A stretch of DNA of 64,000 bases, from NCBI GenBank assembly GCA_009777825.1, contig WRLA01000005.1, forward strand, positions 9,286 to 73,285, read 5' to 3'. The stretch is from Bacteroidales bacterium (GTDB lineage: Bacteria; Bacteroidota; Bacteroidia; Bacteroidales; WRLA01). The notes beneath the pieces were generated by a model, which saw only the letters and a list, made by a program, of their open reading frames with translations, was not told the origin of the DNA and searched no databases. Numbering within the stretch: position 1 is the first letter of the stretch; each line of letters opens with the position of its first letter. A program made the position numbers and the translations under genes. Below, one piece after another: positions 25,976-35,630 of the stretch.

Positions 25976-26260
25976 ATGGTATTACCAATTACAGTATATG
26001 ATACCATCTTTTGCGCCAAAAATGTGGACTTCCACGCCGAGATAGAGGGATTAAGCCCCGATCCGGGCAGTCTGAAATGGTTTATTGACGGCGTAGAAGA
26101 AACCGATGCGCAGGATATGTTGGACTGGAGCAAAGAGTTTGAGACCGGCGTATATGAAATTAAAATGGAAGTGGTTTATGCGAATAATACGACTGCAACG
26201 ATAACCGGCACGCTGAAAGTTGAGGTTTTCTGGATTAAGATGAAGAATATTACGCATTGA
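25976..26260 (+). pseudogene. 94-aa ORF, probable fragment of a larger surface protein (Ig/PKD-like beta region)
   Basis: No promoter box or signal peptide. The sequence reads like an internal or C-terminal beta-sandwich segment. It sits at the island border next to short repeats. Confidence 0.3.
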
Positions 26261-26353
26261 GGCGATGTGCGATATGCGATATGCGATGTGAGACAGCGCG
26301 TCATTGCGAGGAGGAACGACGAAGCAATCCGGAACTACGAGTTACGAGTTACT

Positions 26354-28063
26354 TTATTCAGCACAGACTCTATACAACCCCAAATCCTCACTTTTAAAGT
26401 TCAAAATGCAAACGCTCTTCTCCACATTTTCTGCCTCAATCTTCTTCAGAAAGACATGGGCGGATGTGGAATAGTAATCATTGCGGGCAGCATCCAACAG
26501 CAGCAGATATCCCATGATGATATTGGCTGCCATTTCGACCATTCGGCGGGCAAGGAAATCCCACGCTTCTTCGTTTTCAAGCGCTTGCGCGTAGGAGACG
26601 GCTTCCTGATATTTTTCGGTGAGCGTTATCAGGCGATTGCGCAGATGGTGAAGTTTTTCCGGTATTTCGCTGTTTTCGTACTCTTTAATGATGTTGAGCA
26701 ACGCTCCGTTGCCGACGCCGCGGATAGCCGCCACGACCTGCAACTGTGAGGTGCCTTCGTAGATGGAGGTGATGCGAGCGTCGCGGTAGAGACGTTCCAC
26801 GGGAAAGTCTTTCATGTAGCCTGTGCCGCCGAAGACCTGGATGGCGTCGTAGGCGTTCTGGTTGCTATATTCGCTTGCCATCAGTTTCAGGATGGGGGTG
26901 AGCATGTCGGCTTTGCGGCTGAAGGCTTTTTGTTCGTCGCGTTCCTCTTTTTCTAATTTGCGCTCGTGCGCGATGGCGTCGTAAGACTTATAGATGTCAA
27001 TGGTGCGTGCCGTTTCGTAGAGCAGCGAGCGTGCGGCTTCCGTCTTTGCCCGCATGAGGCTTAACATCTCATACACAGCGGGAAACCGGATTATCGGCTT
27101 GCCGAACTGTTCGCGCTCGTGAGCATATTTCAACGCTTCGCGGTAGGCGGCTTCGGCGATGCCCACCGACTGAGCGCCCACGCCAAGACGTGCGCCGTTC
27201 ATCAGCGACATCACATATTTTATCAATCCCATGCGGCGGTCGCCCACCAGCACGGCAGGCGCGTTGTCGAACACCATCTCGCAGGTCGGCGAGCCTTTGA
27301 TGCCCAATTTATTCTCTATCCGTCGTATCTTTACCGCCTTATCTTTGCGGTCGTAAACGAAGAGCGACAAGCCGCGGGCGTCTTTGGTGCCTTCTTCCGA
27401 GCGTGCCATCACCAATGCGATATGGGCGTCGCCGTTGGTGATAAAGCGTTTAACGCCGTTCAGACGCCATTCGCCGTTTTCGTTTAGGGTGGCTTTCAGT
27501 TGGACAGCCTGCAGGTCGGAGCCGGCGTCGGGTTCCGTTAAGACCATCGCCATCGTCTCTCCCTTTGAGACGCGCGGCAGGAAGGCGGCTTTTACCTCGT
27601 CGTTGGCAAACTCCAAGATTGTTTCGGCGCAATCCTGTAATCCCCAGATGTTGGAAAATCCGGCATCGGCGCGTGCCACAATCTCTGCCGACATGACGTA
27701 TGGAATCAGGCTGAAATTCAACCCGCCGTAGCAGCGTGGCAGGGCGAGCCCGTAGAGACCGGCAGCAATCAGTTTTTGGTGGGCTTCGGCGGTGCCTTTG
27801 GCGTATATTACTTCATTATTAATCAGTTGCGGACCGTCGTGGTCGTTGGCTTCGGCGGAGGGCGCTAAGACGTCTCCGCAAATCTCGCCCACTATCTCCA
27901 TGACCTTTTCATAACTGTCCATGGCGTCCTCGAAATCAACAGGAGCGTAGTCATACACATCTTTGTCGGCATAATCGCGCTCGCGCAGATCCACAATGCG
28001 CTTCATCAGAGGATGATTCAGGTGGTGTTTCAAACACGGGTTGTCGGAATAATAATTCTCCAT
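26354..28063 (-). CDS. acyl-CoA dehydrogenase (long, ~570-aa type)
   Basis: ACAD-like strings TEPDAGSDL, KRFITNGD, YEGTSQLQ. Followed upstream by etfA/etfB. Confidence 0.9.
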   Translation of the reverse strand: MENYYSDNPCLKHHLNHPLMKRIVDLRERDYADKDVYDYAPVDFEDAMDSYEKVMEIVGEICGDVLAPSAEANDHDGPQLINNEVIYAKGTAEAHQKLIAAGLYGLALPRCYGGLNFSLIPYVMSAEIVARADAGFSNIWGLQDCAETILEFANDEVKAAFLPRVSKGETMAMVLTEPDAGSDLQAVQLKATLNENGEWRLNGVKRFITNGDAHIALVMARSEEGTKDARGLSLFVYDRKDKAVKIRRIENKLGIKGSPTCEMVFDNAPAVLVGDRRMGLIKYVMSLMNGARLGVGAQSVGIAEAAYREALKYAHEREQFGKPIIRFPAVYEMLSLMRAKTEAARSLLYETARTIDIYKSYDAIAHERKLEKEERDEQKAFSRKADMLTPILKLMASEYSNQNAYDAIQVFGGTGYMKDFPVERLYRDARITSIYEGTSQLQVVAAIRGVGNGALLNIIKEYENSEIPEKLHHLRNRLITLTEKYQEAVSYAQALENEEAWDFLARRMVEMAANIIMGYLLLLDAARNDYYSTSAHVFLKKIEAENVEKSVCILNFKSEDLGLYRVCAE

Positions 28064-28077
28064 GATATTTCTGATTT

Positions 28078-29100
28078 TTACTTACTATTTTTACGATAAT
28101 ACAATAACATCTTCGGCAACACCTCCACCACATCGCCTGTGATGACATAGTCGGCAATAGCGTTGATGGGCGCATCGGGGTCGGTGTTGATGGAGATGAT
28201 TTTCGATGATTGATCCATCCCTGCGCGGTGCTGAACGGCGCCGGAGATGCCGCAGGCGATATACAACTTCGGACGCACGGTAACGCCCGTTTGTCCTATC
28301 TGACGCTCGTTCGGCGCAAAGCCGGCATCTACCGCAGCACGGGTAGCGCCCACTTCCGCTCCGATGGCATCGGCAAACTCATACAAAAGTTTGAAATTCT
28401 CCTTGCTCCCCACGCCATAACCACCGGAAACGATGATTTGAGCCCCCTTGATGTTGACTTTCTGCTCTTCAATATGGCGTTCGATGATTTTTACAACGAA
28501 ATCACTGTCATTCACATATTTGGAAATGTCCAAATGCACGACTTCGCCCGTGTGAGCGGTGTCGCAGACCTCTTTTTTCATCACTCCTTCGCGCACGGTC
28601 GCCATCTGCGGACGGGTTTCGGGGTTGATGATGGTGGCGATGATGTTACCGCCAAAGGCAGGACGAATCTGATACAGCAGTTGCGGGTAGGTCTTTCCTG
28701 CTTTCGGGTCTTCGTGGCTTCCTATTTCGAGGCTGGTGCAGTCGGCGGTCAATCCGCAACGCAGAGCCGAGGCGACATGCGGCGCCAGGTCGCGTCCTAC
28801 GGAAGTCGCGCCGAAAAGCGCTATCTCCGGTTTTTCTTCCTGAAACAGTTTCGCTACAATGGCAGAGTGGGGGAGGGTGCTGTATGGAAACAACCGCTGG
28901 TCGTCGGCAATATGGGCGCGATCCACGCCATAAGGGAAGATTTTACTCTCTATCCCATTGATACTGTTACCGATAACAACGGCTTCCAACTTTGTTTTTA
29001 ATTCATCGGCGAGTTTACGCCCTTTGCTGAGAAGTTCGAGGCTAACGTCTGCCACGTCTCCTTCTTCGGTTATCTCGCAATATACAAATACACTGTTCAT
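28078..29100 (-). CDS. etfA: electron transfer flavoprotein alpha subunit
   Basis: C-terminal FAD-binding region QIGQTGVTVRPKLYIACGISGAVQHRAGM. Confidence 0.9.
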   Translation of the reverse strand: MNSVFVYCEITEEGDVADVSLELLSKGRKLADELKTKLEAVVIGNSINGIESKIFPYGVDRAHIADDQRLFPYSTLPHSAIVAKLFQEEKPEIALFGATSVGRDLAPHVASALRCGLTADCTSLEIGSHEDPKAGKTYPQLLYQIRPAFGGNIIATIINPETRPQMATVREGVMKKEVCDTAHTGEVVHLDISKYVNDSDFVVKIIERHIEEQKVNIKGAQIIVSGGYGVGSKENFKLLYEFADAIGAEVGATRAAVDAGFAPNERQIGQTGVTVRPKLYIACGISGAVQHRAGMDQSSKIISINTDPDAPINAIADYVITGDVVEVLPKMLLYYRKNSK

Positions 29101-29119
29101 ATCTCTATTCTTTTTAAGA

Positions 29120-29992
29120 TCAGCCGATTACGTGGCTTGCAATCAACTCTTTCATTAATACATCTATATCTTCGTCTGACGGCGTCATCACGGTAGCGTC
29201 TTTGTGGGTCAGCACGACGTTGTCAATCTTTTTCACTTTGGTGGGCGATCCGCCTAAGCCTAACCATGCGTCGTCGGCGTTGAGGTCGGCGACCGTCCAC
29301 TCATTAATAATAAGGTATGGACGAGCATTGCGCAGGTCGTTGTACTTGCTGTCTGCCTCTTGCAGTTCGGATGTGGCGCGTGCATGTTTGTACTTCATGG
29401 TCAATTTGGCATTGCGCGGACGACAGTCGGGCGCCGAACTGTGTACGGTAATCATGACGGGAAACTTGGCTTGCACCACCTCCACGCCACGCTCCAAACG
29501 ACGTTTTATGGTAACGGATTCGCGGTTGATATCCACCAACTCTTCGGCGTAGGTGATTTGCGGTATGTGCAACTTTTCGGCTGTCTGCGGTCCTACCTGC
29601 GCCGTGTCGCCGTCAATAGCCTGTCGTCCGGCGATGACTACGTCGCACGGCATCAACTTTTTCACCGCCAACGAGAGGGCGTAAGAGGTCGCCAACGTGT
29701 CGGAACCGGCAAATTTGCGGTCGGTGATGAGATAGCCCTTGTCGGCGCCGCGATACATGGATTCGCGGATGATCTCCGCCGCACGAAATGGTCCCATTGT
29801 CAGGATAACGACTTCGGAATCAGGTATTTGGTCTTTCATTTGGAGCGCCAACTCTAAGGCGTTCAAGTCTTCCGGATTGAAGATGGCAGGCAGGGCAGCC
29901 CTGTTGACGGTACCATCTTCTTTCATTGCGTCTTTACCCACATTGCGAGTGTCGGGTACTTGCTTTGCTAAAACTACTATTCTGAAAATCAT
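29120..29992 (-). CDS. etfB: electron transfer flavoprotein beta subunit
   Basis: IVVLAKQVPD, NPEDLNALELAL, VVIAGRQAIDGDTAQVGP. Confidence 0.9.
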   Translation of the reverse strand: MIFRIVVLAKQVPDTRNVGKDAMKEDGTVNRAALPAIFNPEDLNALELALQMKDQIPDSEVVILTMGPFRAAEIIRESMYRGADKGYLITDRKFAGSDTLATSYALSLAVKKLMPCDVVIAGRQAIDGDTAQVGPQTAEKLHIPQITYAEELVDINRESVTIKRRLERGVEVVQAKFPVMITVHSSAPDCRPRNAKLTMKYKHARATSELQEADSKYNDLRNARPYLIINEWTVADLNADDAWLGLGGSPTKVKKIDNVVLTHKDATVMTPSDEDIDVLMKELIASHVIG

Positions 29993-30031
29993 AGGTTTAT
30001 GTTGTTAGTTTGATGATTTCAAATCTGACTG

Positions 30032-30039
30032 CAAAGATA
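30032..30039 (-). promoter_or_regulatory. -7 box (TATCTTTG on the minus strand) upstream of etfB-etfA-acd
   Basis: caaagata on the plus strand, 40 nt upstream of the etfB ATG. Confidence 0.5.
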
Positions 30040-30048
30040 CGAAAAAAA

Positions 30049-31905
30049 TCAAACCTTAAACCACAGCCCGTAAACCACCGGATTCCCTTCGCGCAGGCGA
30101 ACCGAAAAATCCGCTACCGTGAAGGTGCGTTTGCCGTTATTCCAGATGTAGGTTTTAAACTCTATGTTCTTGTGTTTCAGATAGATGTCGGAAAGTTTGA
30201 CCGAATGGTGGATGGTAACCCATGTCCCGATGTCTTCGTCGGAAACATATCTGTCGAACGAAACGCCGTTCCAGTGAATACTCCCGTTTTCATTCTCCAA
30301 AGAGGCGACCAAGATAATATCTTCGTAATTTTCCGGCACAAGAAACTTCACCGAAACGTCAATGAAGTTGTATTGATTGGAAGTAATCTCGGAAAGCGGC
30401 TTGGAAAAAGATACAGGGGAATATTCTGTCAAACTATCAATGACATAGGAATTTTTGTCGGAAAATAAAATATTATCTACTTGATTATCAGCATTTTTAG
30501 AAAACAAAAAAGTCGTTCCTGCCTGATAGTTATGTTGCCATTCTATGTGGGGAAAATAGTCCTGAACAATAGGAACCGTGTTAGGATTATTGTGCGAAAC
30601 GATGCCCAAATAGAGGTAATCCGCCTTTTCGGCTTGCGCTTTTACGAGTGTAACCAACTCTTTTTCACTGTTGATCGTGTCAATCCAGTAAAACGGAGCG
30701 CTGACCGGTATCCTATCCCAATAAAACCGGCTTATCTTCCGGAACGAATGGATTAAAGAGGCGACATTTTCGTGCTTTTGGTGGGCGAGTTCGTGGTCTT
30801 CCAAAATTTTTACGTAGGGCGAGTTGTAAAACAGCGTATAATGTTTTCTGACGTTGACAAGTACGAAAGTATTGACTGTCAGAATAATAACCGCCATGAT
30901 AAGATTGACGAGCGGCTTTTGATTTTTGATATGACCGAACAGAATGAAGAGAAGAAACGGAAAACTGAAAATTAATACGGAATACTGTAAAACAGCATTG
31001 ACATACCTTGAATAGAGGAATCCTATCAAAAACGGAAGAAAAAACCACAGAACAGCCACCGTCAGCCATTTATAATTGATTTTTGCCCTTTTCACCAATC
31101 CGAATAGCATCAATCCCGCCACCACGGAGAGAGAGACAAACGAAAATTGGAAAGCATAAAAGATATAATCAATAAGGAAGTCGTTATGCGGTTTTCCCAA
31201 CCACTCTTCGATGCCGCCCATCCCTAATTGATTCAGGACAATCGGGATATTCGGAACGTAAAGCAGCATAATGACGGCGGCGTTGATGATGTATTTCAGT
31301 ATATATTTTCGTTGAATCAGAAACAATCCCGTCAAGCCGACAATAGCCACAAACAGCAAACTAAAATGGTGATTATAAGCGCATAAGGCGCTGAACAGTA
31401 TGTAAAAGGCGCTGTTGCGGTAGAAGTGTTTTTCGGGATTGAGCATCAGTTGTGTCCAGAAATAGACCATCGCCAACGAGAAAAACACGCCGCTGATGTA
31501 AGGTCGCTCAATCTGACTGTACATGACCATGTATTGCAAACTGGCGAGAAATGCGGCGGAAATCGTCCCGACAGTTTCGTTATACCACTTTTTTGCGATG
31601 AGGTAGATCAGCGCAACGGACGCCAAGCCAAAGAGCGTAAACGGCAGTTTTACAACCCATTCGGACGTTCCGAAGAGTTTTACCCAGTAGTAGAGAAAAA
31701 CCTGAACGGCAGGCGGATGGGTGTCGCCCGTTTTTACTCCTTTTTCGATGAGTTCCGAAAAGGTGTCAAATCGCGTTCTGAACAGGGCGCTCAGTTCGTC
31801 GTGCGTAAACGGAATATGGAAATAATCGTAAAACCGCAACACAGCGGCAACAATCATGATTCCCAAAAGGATGTAACGGTTGATGATGTCATTATTTTTT
31901 GTCAT
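30049..31905 (-). CDS. membrane glycosyltransferase, family 39 (ArnT/PMT-like)
   Basis: About 12 predicted TM helices. N-terminal RFYDYFHIPFTHDELSALF motif region. Start set at MTKNNDII (31905), because the 31926 ATG overlaps the -7 box at 31924..31931. Confidence 0.75.
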   Translation of the reverse strand: MTKNNDIINRYILLGIMIVAAVLRFYDYFHIPFTHDELSALFRTRFDTFSELIEKGVKTGDTHPPAVQVFLYYWVKLFGTSEWVVKLPFTLFGLASVALIYLIAKKWYNETVGTISAAFLASLQYMVMYSQIERPYISGVFFSLAMVYFWTQLMLNPEKHFYRNSAFYILFSALCAYNHHFSLLFVAIVGLTGLFLIQRKYILKYIINAAVIMLLYVPNIPIVLNQLGMGGIEEWLGKPHNDFLIDYIFYAFQFSFVSLSVVAGLMLFGLVKRAKINYKWLTVAVLWFFLPFLIGFLYSRYVNAVLQYSVLIFSFPFLLFILFGHIKNQKPLVNLIMAVIILTVNTFVLVNVRKHYTLFYNSPYVKILEDHELAHQKHENVASLIHSFRKISRFYWDRIPVSAPFYWIDTINSEKELVTLVKAQAEKADYLYLGIVSHNNPNTVPIVQDYFPHIEWQHNYQAGTTFLFSKNADNQVDNILFSDKNSYVIDSLTEYSPVSFSKPLSEITSNQYNFIDVSVKFLVPENYEDIILVASLENENGSIHWNGVSFDRYVSDEDIGTWVTIHHSVKLSDIYLKHKNIEFKTYIWNNGKRTFTVADFSVRLREGNPVVYGLWFKV

Positions 31906-31923
31906 GATGATAAACTTTTTTTG

Positions 31924-31931
31924 CAAAGATA
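31924..31931 (-). promoter_or_regulatory. -7 box (TATCTTTG on the minus strand) upstream of the GT39 gene
   Basis: caaagata on the plus strand, 19 nt upstream of the ATG at 31905. Confidence 0.5.
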
Positions 31932-31970
31932 CAATTATTGTTTGAAATAAAAATCCTCTTTAATTTTGCT

Positions 31971-32198
31971 TTAGCCAAACGCAGGGTGTAATACGGCTAC
32001 GGCATCAATATCCGCTTCTGGCCAAGTACCACTCGGTGCTGTTCTTAAATCGGTTAGACGAACATATTTATATTTGCTGCCCGCAGGAACTTTCCCATTT
32101 ATATCAACACCCGACAACGAACCACTTGCATCGCCTACATAAATCCAATTTATCAAATCGTTACTCACTTCTACTTTGGTAGCTTCAACAACGGTCAT
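31971..32198 (-). pseudogene. 75-aa ORF, likely C-terminal remnant of a surface protein
   Basis: No signal peptide or promoter box. Isolated between unrelated genes. Confidence 0.25.
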
Positions 32199-32346
32199 GG
32201 CAGTGATTCGCTGATTCCGGTAATACCCTCAACACACTGGCAATACTTTATCAGGAAAAACAGAAAAGATGGTTTTATCAATGAAAATACAAAAGAATTT
32301 AATGCGTTTGCTCTGGTATTCCCCTCACAATTCACAAATTTGTTGT

Positions 32347-32354
32347 ACTTTTGC
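32347..32354 (+). promoter_or_regulatory. -7 box TACTTTTG upstream of kamE
   Basis: 36 nt upstream of the ATG at 32390. Confidence 0.5.
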
Positions 32355-32389
32355 ATCTCGAATAGTTTAGTAGAATAAAAATCGGAAAA

Positions 32390-33184
32390 ATGAGCAGCGG
32401 ATTATACTCCACGTCGGCGAAAGAGTTCGACAAAACATTGGATCTGAAACACGTAAAGCCCTACGGCGATACGATGAACGACGGCAAGGTGCAACTGAGT
32501 TTCACTCTGCCCGTGCCGTGCGGCGACGAAGCCATCGAAGCCGCCAAAGTGCTAATGAAAAAGATGGGTTTCGACAACCCGCAGGTCGCCTTCTACAAAG
32601 AACTCACCGACGGCTACACCTTCTTCAACTGCTACGGGACATGCGCCGAGACGGTGGATTTCTCCAACATCCGTGTACCGAAAGTGGAATCCACGGTGTG
32701 GAGCATGCACGACACGGACGTCTTCATCAAAGAACACATCGGACGGAAAATCGTCGTCGTAGGCGCCAGCACCGGCACCGACGCACACACCGTCGGCATC
32801 GACGCCATCATGAACATGAAAGGCTACGCCGGACACTACGGATTGGAACGTTACGAAATGTTCGACGCCCTCAACATGGGCAGTCAGGTGCTAAACGAAG
32901 AAATCCTCGCCAAAGCCATCGAAATGAACGCCGACGCCATCTTGGTCTCGCAGACGGTAACACAAAAAGACGTCCACGTCAAAAACTTAGTAGAACTGAT
33001 AGAGATGATGGAAGCCGAAGGCTTGCGCAACAGGATGATCGTCGCCTGCGGCGGTCCCCGCATCACCCACGAACTCGCCAAAGAACTCGGCTACGATGCC
33101 GGCTTCGGCATGAACACTTACGCCGACAACGTGGCGTCGTTTTTGGCGCAGGAAGTGCACCGACGTAGTGCAGATAGATTTTAA
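32390..33184 (+). CDS. kamE: lysine 5,6-aminomutase beta subunit (B12-binding)
   Basis: N-terminus MSSGLYS..KEFDKTLDL..VKPYGDTMNDGKVQLSFTLP and B12 motif GASTGTDAHTVGIDAIMNMKGYAGHYGLERYE match my recollection of the Clostridium sticklandii KamE sequence. Confidence 0.85.
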   Translation: MSSGLYSTSAKEFDKTLDLKHVKPYGDTMNDGKVQLSFTLPVPCGDEAIEAAKVLMKKMGFDNPQVAFYKELTDGYTFFNCYGTCAETVDFSNIRVPKVESTVWSMHDTDVFIKEHIGRKIVVVGASTGTDAHTVGIDAIMNMKGYAGHYGLERYEMFDALNMGSQVLNEEILAKAIEMNADAILVSQTVTQKDVHVKNLVELIEMMEAEGLRNRMIVACGGPRITHELAKELGYDAGFGMNTYADNVASFLAQEVHRRSADRF

Positions 33185-33209
33185 AATAAAATGATGATAT
33201 TATCGTTTT

Positions 33210-33227
33210 TTATTCAGCACAGAGGCA
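33210..33227. repeat. left 18-bp terminal inverted repeat of the GxxExxY cassette
   Basis: ttattcagcacagaggca is the exact reverse complement of 33661..33678. Confidence 0.9.
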
Positions 33228-33254
33228 CAAAGATCACAGAGTTACACAGAGAAT

Positions 33255-33644
33255 ATGTCAGAATTTGATTACAATGTTATTTCAAAAAATATAATTAGCG
33301 CTGCTATTGAAGTTCACAAAGAACTTGGAGCAGGGTTATTGGAATCTGTTTATGAATATTGCTTATTAGAGGAATTAAAGTATCGTGGATTACGTGCTGA
33401 AAGACAGGTGCAAATCCCTGTTTGCTACAAAGGGAACACATTGGACAAGGAATTTTTTATTGATATTTTAGTTGAAGATAAAGTGATTTTGGAATTAAAA
33501 TCTGTAGAAGCAATTTTGCCTGTTCACGAGTTTCAACTGCTAACCTATTTGAAGTTATCCGGTAAAAAATTAGGATTACTTATTAATTTTAACGTACCTT
33601 TACTCAAAAATGGCATACATCGAAAAATAAACGGCACTCTGTGA
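33255..33644 (+). CDS. GxxExxY protein (PD-(D/E)XK nuclease superfamily)
   Basis: GAGLLESVYEYCL contains G-x-x-E-x-x-Y. 129 aa, the typical size for this family. Confidence 0.85.
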   Translation: MSEFDYNVISKNIISAAIEVHKELGAGLLESVYEYCLLEELKYRGLRAERQVQIPVCYKGNTLDKEFFIDILVEDKVILELKSVEAILPVHEFQLLTYLKLSGKKLGLLINFNVPLLKNGIHRKINGTL

Positions 33645-33660
33645 CCCTCTGTGTCCTCTG

Positions 33661-33678
33661 TGCCTCTGTGCTGAATAA
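33661..33678. repeat. right 18-bp terminal inverted repeat of the GxxExxY cassette
   Basis: tgcctctgtgctgaataa. Preceded by cacagag-type words that also encode the last residues and stop codon of the ORF. Confidence 0.9.
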
Positions 33679-33700
33679 AAATTTTTAAATATATCAAACC

Positions 33701-35611
33701 ATGAAGAAACAAATTTTATTAACCCTTGCCGCCGTATGTGCAGGCACAATCGTTTTATTTATGCAGTGTAAACCCAACATTCAGAAGGCGCCGTTGCTCC
33801 CATTGGAAGATTTTTTCAGAAATCCTGAAAAGAGTTCGTATCAGATTTCCCCCGACGGGAAATATTACTCCTACATGGCGCCCTATCAAGACCGTATGAA
33901 CATCTTCGTACAGGAAGTCGGAGCGGAGGAAGCCGCCCGTATCACCGAAGAACTCGACCGCGACATCGCCGGTTATTTCTGGGCAAGCAACAACCGTATC
34001 GTCTATCTGAAAGACAAAGGTGGCGACGAAAATTACTTCTTAGTGGGCGTAAATCCCGATGGAACCAATTTGATTTCACTCACTGATTTTGAGGGCGTTA
34101 GAACAGAAATCATTGACGACTTGGAAGAGATTCCGGCAGAAGTCATCATCGGCTTAAACAAAAGAACCCCGCAGGTGTTCGACGCCTACCGACTCAATAT
34201 TGAAACGGGCGAGATGGAGATGATTGCCGAAAATCCGGGTAACATACAGGGATGGATGACCGACCATGACGGGAAATTACGGCTCGCCTTCGGCGTGGCA
34301 CCCGACGGATTGACACAAGAAATCCTCTACCGCGAAACGGAAAAAGATCCGTTCCAAATCATCCTGACGGTAGACTATACCGAGACATTCGCCCCATATC
34401 TTTTCACATTCGACAACAAAAACCTCTACGTCCTGTCGAACCTCGGAAGGGATAAAACGGCGTTGGTAGAATTCAGCCTCACCGACCTGAAAGAGATAGA
34501 GACGCTCTACGAAAATCCGAACTACGACCTGAGCGGCGTGTCGTACTCCAAAAAACGGAAAGTGTTGACCGCCTGCACCTACGTGGGCGCTAAAACCGAA
34601 AAACACTTCTTCGACGAGGGGACCAAACAACGCAATGACAAGTTGGAAACCTTGCTCCAAGGATACGACTTCGGCACAACCTCCGTTACCAAAGACGAAA
34701 CCAAAAGAATCGTGCGCACCTACAGCGACCGCTCTCTCGGAGCATACTACTTCTACGACGACGAAACCGGCGAACTGAACAAAATCGCCGACGTCAGCCC
34801 GTGGATTGACGAGAACAACATGGCTACCATCTATCCCATCGCCTACACCTCGCGCGACGGATTGACTATCAACGGTTATCTGACACTTCCCGTTGGATAT
34901 ACTTTGGATAATGCCAAAAACCTCCCCGTCGTCGTCAACCCGCACGGCGGACCGTGGGCACGCGACCATTGGGGGTTTAATCCCGAAATACAGTTTTTAT
35001 GCAATCGCGGATATGCCGTCTTGCAGATGAACTTCAGAGGCTCAACAGGTTATGGAAAAGATTTTTGGAAAGCATCGTTCAAACAGTGGGGACAAACCAT
35101 GCAGGACGACATCGCCGACGGCGTGGAATGGCTGATCAACAAAGGCATCGCCGACAAAAACCGCATCGCCATCTACGGCGGGAGTTACGGCGGATATGCC
35201 ACACTGCAAGGATTGGTGAAACATCCCGACCTCTACGCCTGTGGCGTGGACTATGTGGGCGTTTCCAACCTGTTCACTTTCCTGCAAACCATCCCGCCCT
35301 ACTGGGAACTCTACCTCAAAACAATGTACGAAATGGTGGGCGACCCGGAACAAGACAGCCTGATGATGGCGGAAAACTCACCATCCCTCAACGCCGAAAA
35401 GATAAAAGCGCCGCTCTTTATCGCACAGGGCGCCAACGACCCGCGCGTCAATAAGGCGGAATCGGACCAGATGGTGGAAGCGCTGAAAGCGCAAGGCGTC
35501 GAGGTGGAATATATGGTGAAAGATAACGAAGGACACGGTTTCCACAATCAGGAAAATCAGTTCGACTTCTACCGCGCCATGGAAAAATTCCTTGCAGAAC
35601 ATTTGAAATAG
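33701..35611 (+). CDS. S9-family serine peptidase (prolyl oligopeptidase / dipeptidyl peptidase type) with signal peptide
   Basis: GGSYGGY nucleophile elbow. Beta-propeller N-terminal half. C-terminal GANDPRV and EGHGF. Confidence 0.9.
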   Translation: MKKQILLTLAAVCAGTIVLFMQCKPNIQKAPLLPLEDFFRNPEKSSYQISPDGKYYSYMAPYQDRMNIFVQEVGAEEAARITEELDRDIAGYFWASNNRIVYLKDKGGDENYFLVGVNPDGTNLISLTDFEGVRTEIIDDLEEIPAEVIIGLNKRTPQVFDAYRLNIETGEMEMIAENPGNIQGWMTDHDGKLRLAFGVAPDGLTQEILYRETEKDPFQIILTVDYTETFAPYLFTFDNKNLYVLSNLGRDKTALVEFSLTDLKEIETLYENPNYDLSGVSYSKKRKVLTACTYVGAKTEKHFFDEGTKQRNDKLETLLQGYDFGTTSVTKDETKRIVRTYSDRSLGAYYFYDDETGELNKIADVSPWIDENNMATIYPIAYTSRDGLTINGYLTLPVGYTLDNAKNLPVVVNPHGGPWARDHWGFNPEIQFLCNRGYAVLQMNFRGSTGYGKDFWKASFKQWGQTMQDDIADGVEWLINKGIADKNRIAIYGGSYGGYATLQGLVKHPDLYACGVDYVGVSNLFTFLQTIPPYWELYLKTMYEMVGDPEQDSLMMAENSPSLNAEKIKAPLFIAQGANDPRVNKAESDQMVEALKAQGVEVEYMVKDNEGHGFHNQENQFDFYRAMEKFLAEHLK

Positions 35612-35630
35612 ATAACAAAATAGAGACATC

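Noticed and set aside
26267-26749. 160-aa plus-strand ORF at the island border.
   Set aside because: It starts in repeat sequence (gcgatatgcgatatgcgatgtg) and then runs antisense to the 3' end of the acyl-CoA dehydrogenase gene.
32518-33168. 216-aa Arg/His-rich ORF in an alternative frame of kamE.
   Set aside because: Extreme R/H/T composition with no start context. The kamE frame matches a known protein essentially end to end.
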